From Candidatus Hydrothermarchaeota archaeon (GTDB taxonomy: Archaea > Hydrothermarchaeota > Hydrothermarchaeia > Hydrothermarchaeales > BMS3B), in the NCBI GenBank assembly GCA_015521565.1, contig WANX01000132.1, positions 1 to 50,301 of the forward strand: a DNA stretch of 50,301 nucleotides. The letters are read 5' to 3'. A program made the position numbers and the translations under genes. Shown piece after piece: positions 7,876-17,433 of the stretch (its first letter is position 1; each line of letters begins with the position of its first letter). The notes under the pieces were generated by a model. That model saw only the letters and a program-made list of their open reading frames with translations. It did not search any database and had not been told where the DNA came from.

Positions 7876-8616
7876 CTACAGCCTCTTAACCACCCTAACT
7901 GCAGGCAGCTCAACCCCGGGTCCGGCTCTCCCTATCACATTCCTCACCATGGCTGCATACCTCTCCTCGAAGTAGGTGAGCTTTCTTCCCGGCTCAAGGG
8001 TGGCGCTGGCTATCTTCTCATTTACAGGACACACGTAGTTGCACATCCCGCAGCCAACGCAGTGCTTCTCGTTGACGTAGGGCCGTATCCCCACCGCACC
8101 CTCAATAACCTCGCTGGGGGGATAGTCCAGCATGGCATCATCCCGAAGGGGACAGTTGTAGTAGCATTCACCGCAGGAGTCGTACTGCCAGGCGAGGCAG
8201 ATATCACGGTTGAGCACAGAAACACCCATCTTCAGCTCATCCGGCATAGAGAGCAACGTTTCTCTGGTATTTCTTATTCTCATCAGTGCGCCCGTTGGAC
8301 ATGCTTCCCCGCAGAGCAGATACTCGCCCAGGGGCTCGTCTTTGCCCTCGCCGGTGCGCTTAAGACACAGATAGCACGGAGTCTGCAAGGGGTCTATGTA
8401 GGGTGTGGCAAACAGAGCCCCTGCAGCTATGTCGAAGAACCTTATTGAATCGTAGGGGCACGCCTCACCGCACCTACCACAGCGTATGCAGCGGGCAAGA
8501 AAGTCACGGGTGGCTCCCGGAGGGCGAATCACCTGCCTGCGGACGCCTCCTCCAATACCGGCGAAGCCGAGCAGAAACAGGCTCTTCATGAAGTTCCTGC
8601 GGCTCAGCCTCACCAT
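7876..8616 (-). CDS. napG: NapG/MauM polyferredoxin
   Basis: Tat motif SRRNFMK; IRPPGA..FLARCIRCGRCGEACP; four Cys clusters including CLAWQYDSCGECYYNCP and CVGCGMCNYVCP. Confidence 0.9.
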   Translation of the reverse strand: MVRLSRRNFMKSLFLLGFAGIGGGVRRQVIRPPGATRDFLARCIRCGRCGEACPYDSIRFFDIAAGALFATPYIDPLQTPCYLCLKRTGEGKDEPLGEYLLCGEACPTGALMRIRNTRETLLSMPDELKMGVSVLNRDICLAWQYDSCGECYYNCPLRDDAMLDYPPSEVIEGAVGIRPYVNEKHCVGCGMCNYVCPVNEKIASATLEPGRKLTYFEERYAAMVRNVIGRAGPGVELPAVRVVKRL

Positions 8617-9041
8617 CCACCCTCCCTTTCAATCTCAACCACCGCCACCTCATAGTGTCTGCCCTTAATCTGATACGGAACCACCACAATACCCCTTACC
8701 CTCACCTCAGCACCCTGCATGGGCATTGTCCCTCTGGTCACAATCCATATATCACCTGTGCCGTCGCTCAGGAGATATGGCTGCTCATCCACAAACTCAA
8801 AGGCAAGTCCGGGTGTCACAGTACCCCTGAGAACCACCTCCTTTCCCTCATACGCCTCCGGATTTTCCAGTATATCTCCTATCCTGAGCTCATCGCCGCT
8901 CTGCTGCAGAATACCTGAAGTAGCCCCCTCGCCCGAAGCATCTGCCCCCTCCACATCTCCGACCATGGCCACCTCCTTCTCCACACAGCCAGGGAGGAGC
9001 AAAAGCATCAGCAGCAGCACAGCAGACCGCATCTCATCCAC
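8610..9041 (-). CDS. Lipoprotein with probable OB-fold domain, inside the nap operon
   Basis: Lipobox-like LLLPGC; IGDILENPEAYEGKEVVLRGTV...LSDGTGDIWIV..VRVRGIV is an OB-fold-like pattern; no CxxCH. Confidence 0.7.
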   Translation of the reverse strand: MDEMRSAVLLLMLLLLPGCVEKEVAMVGDVEGADASGEGATSGILQQSGDELRIGDILENPEAYEGKEVVLRGTVTPGLAFEFVDEQPYLLSDGTGDIWIVTRGTMPMQGAEVRVRGIVVVPYQIKGRHYEVAVVEIEREGGW

Positions 9042-9142
9042 CGGCCTTTTTTAATTTAAATATATTGCATCAATAACTTATAAAGATAATTGTAAAATAA
9101 AATTTAGAAAACCTATTTTTTAAAACCAGAAGGGGCGGTGGC

Positions 9143-11620
9143 CTATGCCCTGGCCACCTTTATCTTGCACACCTTGTAGTCTGGCTCCGCAGCCTTTGAC
9201 CAGCTCTCGGGCACGTCTATGGTCAGGTCGTTTATCAGCCTGTTCTCATCAAACCAGGGCACGAACACCATACCTGGCTGAGCGCGTTCTGTAACCCAGG
9301 CGGGCAGAACTATGCTTCCTCGCGGGGAAATAAGCTTTATCTTTTCCCCGCTCTTAACTCCGAGCTTTCTGGCATCGCTGGGATGAATCTCCACGTACGC
9401 AGCCGGGTTGAGCTCCCGCAGCAGGCGCACCCGCATGGTCATCGTACCCGTATGCCAGTGCTCTATGACCCTGCCCGTGTTAAGCACGAAGGGGTAGCTC
9501 TCGTCGGGCATCTCGTAGTCCAGGGTGGGTGTCAGGGCGCGAATCACAGCCTTGTCCTTGGTGTTCTTGAGCTTGTGCTCCCCGTAGTAGTTGATGGGAC
9601 CGGGGTAGCCCAGCTCCTCCATGTGCTGGTCGTAGAGGGTCACATACCCCGTGGCGTACCTCTTCTTATCCCTTCCGAAGACCCTGATGGCGTAATCGCG
9701 GGAGATGTAGCGCTTGTTGCTTCCCCGGTTTTCAAACTCGGTGCTGGGACACGGCCACTGCACCCCGCCCGCATGGGCCTTGAGCTTCTCGTAGGTGGCA
9801 CCGTACAGGTCAACGTCTCTGCCCCTGGTGAGCACCCTGTACTCGTTCCAGGCTGCCTCTTCGGGAGTCATCTCGCCCCTCTTGACCCGGGGGTCGTCGT
9901 AGAATCCGAGACCGTACACCTCAATGGTGTCCAGTATCTTCAGGGGCTCTTTCCTGTCCCTTATCGCATACCTGACCTTCCTGCCCAGCTTCTCGGATAT
10001 CCTCCTGGCAACCTCGTTTATCTGCCAGAAGTCAGGTCTGGCATCTTCCGGTGGCTCCACCAGCTTCTCGATAAACTGACTCCTCCTGTCGGTCTGTCCC
10101 ATCACGCCCTCCTTCTCCACCCACATGGCGCTGGGAAGCACCACCGTCGCCACCTCGGTGGTGCGGTTCCAGTAAATGTCGCTCACCACAGTGAAGGCCT
10201 TCTTCATAGCCTCCGCATACCTGTCGCAGTTGGGCAGGCTCTGGGCGGGGTTGGTGGTGTTTATCCATATCGCCTTTATGTCACCCTTCTCCAGACGCAT
10301 GAACATGTCCACCGCTGGCCCTGTGGGCTTGGTGGGCATCTGCTCAAACGGCACACCCCACACCTCCGCCACCTCCCTGCGGTGCTGGGGATTCACCAGC
10401 GCCCTGTGCCCCGGCAGGATGTGGGTTAAGCCGCCCTGCTCCCTCGTACCACCGCAGGCGTTGGGCTGCCCCGTGAGGCTCAGGGAGTCGCATCCGGGTT
10501 TGCCTATCTTGCCGGTGAGCAGGTGCAGGTTGTGAACCTGGCAGTTGAGCTCCACACCCTGGGTGCGCTGATTCAGCCCCATGGTCCACATGCTCAGCGC
10601 CGTGTACCCCCTGCGTCCGAACCACCTGGCTGCGAGGCGTATATCTTCGGCATCCACGCCTGTGATGTCCTCCACCTTCTCGGGGGCGTAGTCCTGCAGG
10701 AACTCCCTGAAGGCGTCAAGGTCCATCTCCTCCCCCTTGGGTCCAAGCCCGACTCTGAAGGTGCAGTACTTCAGGTGCTCGTAGTCAACCATGTCCTCTT
10801 CTATTATCACGTACGCCATTGCGTTCAGCAGGTACATGTCGGTGCCTGGCTTGAACTTCAGGTGGAGGTCAGCATACCTCGCCGTTGGCGTGGTTCTGGG
10901 GTCTGCCACAATCACCCTTACCCTATCCGGGTAGGCGCTCTTCCTGTCTATGACCCTGCGGAAGAGCATTGGGTGCTGCTCCGCCATGTTTGAGCCTATG
11001 ATGAAGATGGTGTCGGCGCTGTCAATGTCGTCGTAGCTTCCTGCAGGCTCGTCGGCGCCGAAGGTGTTCAGATACCCGCCCACCGCCGAAGCCATGCACA
11101 GCCTGGGGTTGCCCTCAACGTTTGCGGTGCCAATTATCCCCTTGAAGAGCTTGTTCGCAGCGTACGCCTCCTGGGTGGTGTTCTGCCCCGAGCCGTACCA
11201 GGCGACGCTGTCGGGACCGTACTCCTCTATGTACCTGACAAAGGTGTCAGCGATTAAATCAAGTGCCTCCTCCCAGCTTACCTCCTTATAGGTGCCGTCC
11301 TCCTGCCTGACCAGGGGCCTGGTAAGGCGCTCCTTTCCGCCCCCGCCGTACATGATGTGGGGCAGTGAATACCCCTTCATACACAGCCTGCCGAAGTTTA
11401 TGGGTGAGTTTGCATCGCCCTTCACGGCAACAACTTTACCATCACGAACACCCACAAGTACTGTGCATCCGGTACCGCAGAACCTGCACTGTGCCCGTCC
11501 AAAGGTGATTCCCCCGTCTCCCTGGGCTGCCATTGCGGGAGCACTCATACCGGCAGCAAGCATCGCTGCTGTGGCAGCAGATGTCTTTATAAATTCACGT
11601 CTGCTCATGCTTATTTCCAT
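9143..11620 (-). CDS. napA: Periplasmic nitrate reductase catalytic subunit
   Basis: Tat signal SRREFIK; FS0 motif CRFCGTGC...C; NPRLCMASAV (Cys Mo ligand); SLTGQPNACGG; TGRVIEHWHTGTMT. Confidence 0.95.
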   Translation of the reverse strand: MEISMSRREFIKTSAATAAMLAAGMSAPAMAAQGDGGITFGRAQCRFCGTGCTVLVGVRDGKVVAVKGDANSPINFGRLCMKGYSLPHIMYGGGGKERLTRPLVRQEDGTYKEVSWEEALDLIADTFVRYIEEYGPDSVAWYGSGQNTTQEAYAANKLFKGIIGTANVEGNPRLCMASAVGGYLNTFGADEPAGSYDDIDSADTIFIIGSNMAEQHPMLFRRVIDRKSAYPDRVRVIVADPRTTPTARYADLHLKFKPGTDMYLLNAMAYVIIEEDMVDYEHLKYCTFRVGLGPKGEEMDLDAFREFLQDYAPEKVEDITGVDAEDIRLAARWFGRRGYTALSMWTMGLNQRTQGVELNCQVHNLHLLTGKIGKPGCDSLSLTGQPNACGGTREQGGLTHILPGHRALVNPQHRREVAEVWGVPFEQMPTKPTGPAVDMFMRLEKGDIKAIWINTTNPAQSLPNCDRYAEAMKKAFTVVSDIYWNRTTEVATVVLPSAMWVEKEGVMGQTDRRSQFIEKLVEPPEDARPDFWQINEVARRISEKLGRKVRYAIRDRKEPLKILDTIEVYGLGFYDDPRVKRGEMTPEEAAWNEYRVLTRGRDVDLYGATYEKLKAHAGGVQWPCPSTEFENRGSNKRYISRDYAIRVFGRDKKRYATGYVTLYDQHMEELGYPGPINYYGEHKLKNTKDKAVIRALTPTLDYEMPDESYPFVLNTGRVIEHWHTGTMTMRVRLLRELNPAAYVEIHPSDARKLGVKSGEKIKLISPRGSIVLPAWVTERAQPGMVFVPWFDENRLINDLTIDVPESWSKAAEPDYKVCKIKVARA

Positions 11621-11784
11621 ACTTTCACCTCCGCCTCTCTATAATATTCATGAATTTTAAGGTTAATAAAACCTTTTTTTAAAAATTTTATTTATATCCC
11701 TCCTCCATGTTAAACAAATTTTTATACACCCCCTCGACCAGACCTTTTCAGTTTAATCACATATTTAATTTCAAACGATTGTAT

Positions 11785-12444
11785 TTAAATGTTGCCTTCC
11801 AGTGACAGCATCGTCATGAAGGCCCGCTTTCCCGTGTCGGATATGTAGTAGTGGCGGTTTTCGTCCTGTGCTATCAGCCCCGCCTGCTTTAGCACCCTGA
11901 GGTGGAATCCAAGTTTGGCGGGCTCGTCGATGTTGAGGTAGTTCATAATATCGGTAAAGCGCGCCTTTCCCTTCGCATGGAGGTACTCGATTATCCTGCG
12001 CCTTATGGGGTTGGATAGAGATTTTAGCACATCCTTTCCCGCTTCTCCAGTGCCTGTCTTCTCCCTGAAAACCTCCTCTATCCTGGTCTCCTCAAGAAGC
12101 CGGAGTATCTTGTTCCTTATCTCCTCCACTTTGAAGGGTTTGAGTATGTAGTCGCTGGCACCCATCTTCATGGCCCGCACGGCACTGTCCACAGTACCAA
12201 AGGCGGTGATTATTATCACCTTCGTGAGAGGCGAGTATTTCTTTACGTTCCTCAGCACCTCCATCCCATCGGCTCCGGGCATCACCAGGTCTGTAATAAC
12301 CAAATCGAACTTCTGCTTCTTTATCATGTTTATTGCCTTTACACCATCCTCTGCTATTTTCGGGGAGTATCCCTTCTTCTCCAGCAAGATCTTCAGTCCT
12401 TCCCTGAGCTTCGGGTCATCTTCAACTATCAGTATTTCCTGCAT
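11785..12444 (-). CDS. Response regulator, REC plus ArsR-like winged-HTH output
   Basis: ILIVEDD, DLVITDLVMP, ITAFG and KPF, followed by LSNPIRRRII..FHLRVLKQAGLI. Confidence 0.9.
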   Translation of the reverse strand: MQEILIVEDDPKLREGLKILLEKKGYSPKIAEDGVKAINMIKKQKFDLVITDLVMPGADGMEVLRNVKKYSPLTKVIIITAFGTVDSAVRAMKMGASDYILKPFKVEEIRNKILRLLEETRIEEVFREKTGTGEAGKDVLKSLSNPIRRRIIEYLHAKGKARFTDIMNYLNIDEPAKLGFHLRVLKQAGLIAQDENRHYYISDTGKRAFMTMLSLEGNI

Positions 12445-13879
12445 GCGACTCACCCGGGAGATATATTCTGAAGGTTGTTCCCCTTCCCAGGCTGCTCTCC
12501 ACGTCTATCCTTCCGCCGTGCTTTTCAATTATGCTGTAGGTTATGTAGAGTCCCAGACCGGTGCCCTTGCCCACCTCCTTCGTCGTGAAGAAGGGGTCAA
12601 ATATCCTGCCCAGGTGCTCCTCGGGTATTCCTGTGCCGGTATCGCTGATTTCCACCACCACCTCTCCATCGCTTCTGCGGGTTCGTATGGTGAGCTTTCC
12701 TCCTTCGTCCATGGCATCGATAGCATTTGTTGCAATGTTTATAAACGCATCAAGGAGTTTTGCTGAATCTCCCTTTATTTCCGGAAGCTTCTCGTCCAGG
12801 TCAAGCTCGAGTTTTATATTTTTGTACTGTAATTGGGGTTTAAGGATATTTAACATTTTCCTGATTACCTCGTTAACCTGTGTAACCTCATTTTTAAACT
12901 CCCTCTGCCTTGAGAAATCCAGCAGCCCCTGCACCACTCTGGACGCAAGAGTTGCCTCCTCCTCGATGATTTCCAGCACCTTTTTTGTCTCCCGGTCCTT
13001 CACATCCTCCCTGTGAATCTGTGAGTAGAGGATTATATTGGCCAGCGGATTGTTTATCTGATGCGCTATGCCAGCGGCGAGCTTGCCCACAGTCGCCATT
13101 TTTTCACTCTGTATGACCTGCGCTTCCTTGTTTTTGAGCTCCTCGACCATACTGTTAAAAACCCTTGCAAGCTCTCCGAGTTCATCCTCCTTTTCAACAT
13201 TCACCCTGGCGGAGTAGTCCCGCTTTGAGAGCTTCAAGGCGGCCTCCTTGACCTTTTTGAGGGGTGTGATAACCACAATTCTCATTATTCCAAGTATTGC
13301 AAGCATAATCCCAAGTGAAAGAGCAAAACCGTAGAATATAAGCTGGGTCCGGGTCCTCTCCAGGGATGTTAGAACGTCACTTACAGGTATCTCCACCACA
13401 AGAGCACCGCGCAGGTCGCCCTCCCTGTATCCCTGGTCCACATGACATCTCAGGCACGGCTTCTCGATGTACATGGGCACCGCATATTCATACAGCTCAG
13501 AGGTTACTGTGTACCTCTCCTCGGACACACCCTGCATAAAGTCCAAAAGAGCCTCTCTTTCAAACTCGTCTGCGGGATAGTTCTCGGGGTCTCTGGGCTT
13601 GAAGGTTATCAGCTTTACCTTGTAGTCGTACATTTCATTTGAGAGCTCTGAAAGCTCATAGGTGAGCTCCGCGGGCACGGGCATGACTCTCTCCCTGTTT
13701 TCGGCAGCCCACAGCCTGACAAGCAGTATCTGGTCTGTCACCGTCTTTGCCTGCTGTCTGAGCTGCTCCATTATGTTCCTCTCATGACTTTCACTCATAT
13801 AGTAGAAGATGCTCTGCACTGACAGAAACACTATTACTCCCACGGCAAGCATCACCTTTGTGCCCACGCTTGCCCTCAC
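12422..13879 (-). CDS. Sensor histidine kinase with extracellular heme-c (Tll0287/DUF3365-like) domain and HAMP
   Basis: TM, then extracellular domain with PRDPENYPADEFE and CLRCH, then TM, HAMP (DELGELARVFNSM), AHQINNPL and N/G1/F/G2 boxes (FDPFFTTK, GTGLGL). Confidence 0.9.
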   Translation of the reverse strand: MRASVGTKVMLAVGVIVFLSVQSIFYYMSESHERNIMEQLRQQAKTVTDQILLVRLWAAENRERVMPVPAELTYELSELSNEMYDYKVKLITFKPRDPENYPADEFEREALLDFMQGVSEERYTVTSELYEYAVPMYIEKPCLRCHVDQGYREGDLRGALVVEIPVSDVLTSLERTRTQLIFYGFALSLGIMLAILGIMRIVVITPLKKVKEAALKLSKRDYSARVNVEKEDELGELARVFNSMVEELKNKEAQVIQSEKMATVGKLAAGIAHQINNPLANIILYSQIHREDVKDRETKKVLEIIEEEATLASRVVQGLLDFSRQREFKNEVTQVNEVIRKMLNILKPQLQYKNIKLELDLDEKLPEIKGDSAKLLDAFINIATNAIDAMDEGGKLTIRTRRSDGEVVVEISDTGTGIPEEHLGRIFDPFFTTKEVGKGTGLGLYITYSIIEKHGGRIDVESSLGRGTTFRIYLPGESHAGNTDS

Positions 13880-14862
13880 CCGTTCACCTCCGGGGGGAAC
13901 ACCTTCACCGGCACGCGCCCTGGAAGCTGACGCAGGTCAAGCACTGCGATGCCCCCGTTGTAGTCTGCCACGTATGCTCTGCCGTCGGAAACCGCTATAC
14001 CATAGGCGTTGCCGGGGGTGTCGTACTCTGCCACCAGCTCCAGGCCACCATCCTCAAGAATCTTCAGAATCGCCACCCCGCGGTTGGCGAGGGTTACCAG
14101 CAGGTAGTCCCCGTATGTTGCCAGCCGCAGTGCAAATCCCGGCAGGGGAATGTTCTGGTGGTGTACCAGTCTGCTGCCGGCCATTCTGTAAACATCCACA
14201 CCGCCATCTGAGCTTGCAACGTATGCGTGGTCGCCTGCTATTACAACGTCATGGGGCACACTGGTGGTGGGCACAAAGTAGAGGAACTCCACGGAGTCGT
14301 TTGTGACTCGCGCAACGTACAGGCGCATGGCGAAGTCGGTCAGGTAGAGCAGCTCATCCTGCACATCAACACTTTTTGGATAGCTGTACTTTACCGGCTT
14401 GTAAAGTCCCACCGGTCTTAGGGTGGATACGTCCAGTATAACCAGACCGGAGGAGACGCAGGCAAGGTATGCTCTTTTCCCTGATATCACAATCCTCTGG
14501 GCTGTGTGGTTCAGCTCCAGTTCTGCAATCTTGCTGGGACGGGAGGGGATGCTAACATCCAGGATATGCAGTCTGCCCAGAGTGTCGCTGACAAAGAGCA
14601 CGCTCCCCGAGAGCGCCAGCGTCTGAGCCTCCCCGGGGGTCTTTACACCTCCAATTCTCCGGAGGCTGCCCGCACCTGTTCTGAAGATGTCCAGCCCCCA
14701 GGGTGAGACCGCATACAGATAATCTCCGTATGCGAGCACATCATAGTAATAGTGAGGCTTTTCTGGCTCCGGATACTGAATCTCAGAATTGCCGCCGGAT
14801 ACACATCCTGCAAATATAACCAGCAGGGATAACGTCCAGTAGATAGTTCTGTGCCCAGACAT
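13876..14862 (-). CDS. LVIVD-repeat beta-propeller lipoprotein
   Basis: Lipobox IFAGC; repeats such as AYLACVSSGLVILDVS, AYVASSDGGVDVY and AYVADYNGGIAVLD. Stop overlaps the kinase start. Confidence 0.8.
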   Translation of the reverse strand: MSGHRTIYWTLSLLVIFAGCVSGGNSEIQYPEPEKPHYYYDVLAYGDYLYAVSPWGLDIFRTGAGSLRRIGGVKTPGEAQTLALSGSVLFVSDTLGRLHILDVSIPSRPSKIAELELNHTAQRIVISGKRAYLACVSSGLVILDVSTLRPVGLYKPVKYSYPKSVDVQDELLYLTDFAMRLYVARVTNDSVEFLYFVPTTSVPHDVVIAGDHAYVASSDGGVDVYRMAGSRLVHHQNIPLPGFALRLATYGDYLLVTLANRGVAILKILEDGGLELVAEYDTPGNAYGIAVSDGRAYVADYNGGIAVLDLRQLPGRVPVKVFPPEVNG

Positions 14863-14998
14863 CTTTTCCTCTAACCGTGCTACGGGTTTTTTAAAATTTT
14901 ACTTATTTATCGTTTAATATAAAATTCCCTTTATATAAAATTTCTTTTAAAATAAAGTTTTAAGGACTGAATATTCAAAAGGTGATACAGGTGATATT

Positions 14999-15139
14999 AT
15001 GCTTGTGGGAAACGCTGAGCTCCTGGTGGTGCTTGTGCTGGTGCTCCTTCTTTTCGGAGGGAGCAGGTTGCCCGGGCTTGCGCGCTCCCTGGGCAGAGCC
15101 AGGGTGGAGTTCAGGCGGGGAATGAAGGAAGAGGATTAG
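14999..15139 (+). CDS. tatA: Twin-arginine translocase subunit TatA (46 aa; below the ORF-track cutoff)
   Basis: MLVGNAELLVVLVLVLLLFGGSRLPGLARSLGRARVEFRRGMKEED; FG hinge plus amphipathic helix; RBS AGGTGA. Confidence 0.9.
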   Translation: MLVGNAELLVVLVLVLLLFGGSRLPGLARSLGRARVEFRRGMKEED

Positions 15140-15170
15140 CCGGGTCTGTGGCAATGCATGATGGGGGAAA

Positions 15171-15818
15171 ATGAGCAAAATACTGATAGTTGATGACGAC
15201 AGGCACACAACGGGTGTTCTGGAAAAGGCGCTCCGCAGGAGCGGTTTTGATGTGGTAACTGCGGAAAGTGCTGCCGATGGTATAAACATGCTTATCGAGG
15301 AAAATCCGGATCTGGTGCTGCTCGACCTTGTTTTGCCTGATATGGGCGGCCTCAGGGCTCTTGATGAAATCAGCAGACTTTCGCCGGAGACCAGGGTTAT
15401 AATAATAAGCGCCTTTCCCTCAATCAGCGATGTTGTGGAGGCCATGAAGCTTGGAGCGTGCGATGTGCTCGTGAAGCCCTTCAATGTGGAGGAGCTTATA
15501 AGCATCGTGAAGAAAACCCTGGAGGAAGCCAGGCTTGAGCGCCGAATTGAGGCAAAAATCAGCGACACAGTGATAAAGGCTCTTTCGAATCCAATACGCA
15601 AGAGCATAGCCTTTTACCTTTTATACGCAGGTCTCAGCCGCTTTTCTGAAATAGCCAGGAACATACAAATGGATGACCCCTCCAAGCTGAGCTTTCACCT
15701 TCGCGTCCTGATGGATGCGGGAATAATAAGCAAAAACAGAGCCGGGCAGTATTCTCTTACCGGAAACGGCCGGGCAATAGTTGAGAGGCTGCTTCTCAGG
15801 CTTGAGAAGGGCAGGTAG
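15171..15818 (+). CDS. Response regulator, REC plus winged-HTH
   Basis: ILIVDDD, LLDLVLP and KPF, followed by LSNPIRKSI..DPSKLSFHLRVLMDAGII. Confidence 0.9.
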   Translation: MSKILIVDDDRHTTGVLEKALRRSGFDVVTAESAADGINMLIEENPDLVLLDLVLPDMGGLRALDEISRLSPETRVIIISAFPSISDVVEAMKLGACDVLVKPFNVEELISIVKKTLEEARLERRIEAKISDTVIKALSNPIRKSIAFYLLYAGLSRFSEIARNIQMDDPSKLSFHLRVLMDAGIISKNRAGQYSLTGNGRAIVERLLLRLEKGR

Positions 15819-15869
15819 TCAGAGAAGGCAGCGCTGCACCCCGGAAGTGGTACAGATAAAAAGAGCTGC

Positions 15870-16766
15870 TCAGCGCTTAACTGACAGAAACCTCGCCACC
15901 AGTACCAGGACTGGAACCTCTATCACCGGCATAAGAGCGAGGAGAGTGTGGATAAGCGGCATGCCCGGGAATGTGCCCATGGCCACTGCCAGCGCTACCG
16001 GTGAGTTTCGAGCAGAAGTGGTAAAGTAGAGAAGAATCGCCTCCTCCCTCTTGAGGTTGAAAATTCTGCTCAAAAGATGGCTGAGCGGGAGGACCAGGGC
16101 AAAGTAGACGATTGCCAGGCCAAAAACAGGAAAAAGCTCCAGGGTGCTCCGATATATGCTCTGCTGGGATGCGAGTATGCACATCACCGCCAGACTCAGG
16201 AATAGCGTCTGAGCTCTTGAGATGAGCAGATTTAACTTTGACGGAAACACCCTTTTTGAGGCGAACGCCATCAGCAGTGGCAGGAGGAAGAAAAGTAGAA
16301 GGGTCTCTGCAAAAAGCTTCCAGCTGAAGGGCACTGAGGCACCGTAAAAAAGCAGCAGGTATAGGGGGAGGAGTGCAAGCTGAAGTGATAAATTTACCGG
16401 AATCAGGAGAACACCCTGTGCCACGCTGCCCCTTGCCATGGAGGTGAAGGTGAGAAACCAGTCGGTGCATGGGAGAGCAAGGTACAGGAAAAGACCCAGC
16501 ATAAGCTCCGGCTGGGAGGCGAATCTGAGGCTCATCAAAAATGCAAGAACCGGAATTACGGTGAAGTTCACGAGCAGGTTCAAAACCACAACACGTCTGT
16601 TCTGCATCACAGAGAACACTCTTGCCGGAGGAAGGGTGAGCATCGCACCCCAGAGCATGAGTACCAGAAAGACGGGAGCGAGCTTTGAAACATAGCCGGG
16701 AACATGCCCGCTCAGCAAAGCTCCGGCCGCTATGCCCGAGATGAGCAGAACAGGTTCGCGGAGCAT
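15870..16766 (-). CDS. acr3: Acr3-like arsenite efflux protein (BART superfamily)
   Basis: About 9-10 TM segments; NFTVIP, LALPCTDWF (conserved Cys), RNSPVALAVA and PVIEVPVL. Start ATG 16766. Confidence 0.8.
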   Translation of the reverse strand: MLREPVLLISGIAAGALLSGHVPGYVSKLAPVFLVLMLWGAMLTLPPARVFSVMQNRRVVVLNLLVNFTVIPVLAFLMSLRFASQPELMLGLFLYLALPCTDWFLTFTSMARGSVAQGVLLIPVNLSLQLALLPLYLLLFYGASVPFSWKLFAETLLLFFLLPLLMAFASKRVFPSKLNLLISRAQTLFLSLAVMCILASQQSIYRSTLELFPVFGLAIVYFALVLPLSHLLSRIFNLKREEAILLYFTTSARNSPVALAVAMGTFPGMPLIHTLLALMPVIEVPVLVLVARFLSVKR

Positions 16767-16767
16767 G

Positions 16768-17427
16768 CTATGCGAGCTCCGCAAGCTTGTTTATAGCTTC
16801 CAGTGCCCTCCTGCCCCTGTCTGTGAGTATATATCGCCTGTCTTCATCCTGCACCACGAGCTTTGCTTCTTTAAGTCTCTTGAGATGGAAGTTGAACTTT
16901 GTAGGGTCCCTCTCACCGACGCTTCGCTGGAGCTGGGTGAAGCTCAGCCTCTTCCTGCTTTCAGCGAGGTGGCTGAGTATGAGCCTCCTCAGGGGCGAGT
17001 TCAGAGAGCTTATAACCTCTTCCACCTCTCTGCTGGTGCACAGTTCCCGGAGACTCTTTCTGAATCTGGTCTCCTCCAGGGCGCGTCTCACCACCACGAG
17101 CAGTTCTCTGGTCCTGAAGGGCTTTTCTATGTAATCGCTTGCCCCCCGCCTCATCGCCTCAACGGCGCTGTCTATCGTTGCGAAGGCGGTTATCACAACC
17201 ACCGGCAGGGTGGAGTTTATCTTTTTTGTTTCTCTGAGGAGGTCTATTCCATCCACCTCAGGCATCACCAGGTCGTAGATTGCGATATCATAGATGTTGC
17301 TGCGCAGAAGCTTCAGCGCCTTTATCGGGGAGTTGACTGCATCCACCTCAAAGCCGTTTGAGGCCAGCGTCTGCTTCAAACTTCTGCACACGGCATCGTC
17401 GTCGTCAACCACAAGCACACGGGGCAA
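16768..17427 (-). CDS. Response regulator, REC plus winged-HTH (AioR/ArrR position)
   Basis: VLVVDDD, YDLVMP, ITAFA and KPF, followed by LNSPLRRLIL..DPTKFNFHLKRLKEAKLV. TTG start after GGTGA. Confidence 0.88.
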   Translation of the reverse strand: MPRVLVVDDDDAVCRSLKQTLASNGFEVDAVNSPIKALKLLRSNIYDIAIYDLVMPEVDGIDLLRETKKINSTLPVVVITAFATIDSAVEAMRRGASDYIEKPFRTRELLVVVRRALEETRFRKSLRELCTSREVEEVISSLNSPLRRLILSHLAESRKRLSFTQLQRSVGERDPTKFNFHLKRLKEAKLVVQDEDRRYILTDRGRRALEAINKLAELA

Positions 17428-17433
17428 GCCTTC

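Noticed and set aside
8610-9041. napB or ccmE
   Set aside because: It has no CxxCH and no CcmE heme-binding H/CxxxY motif.
9063-9075. TATTG-CAT-CAATA palindrome between napA and the lipoprotein gene as an FNR-like box
   Set aside because: The spacing does not match TTGAT-N4-ATCAA, and short palindromes are expected in AT-rich spacers.
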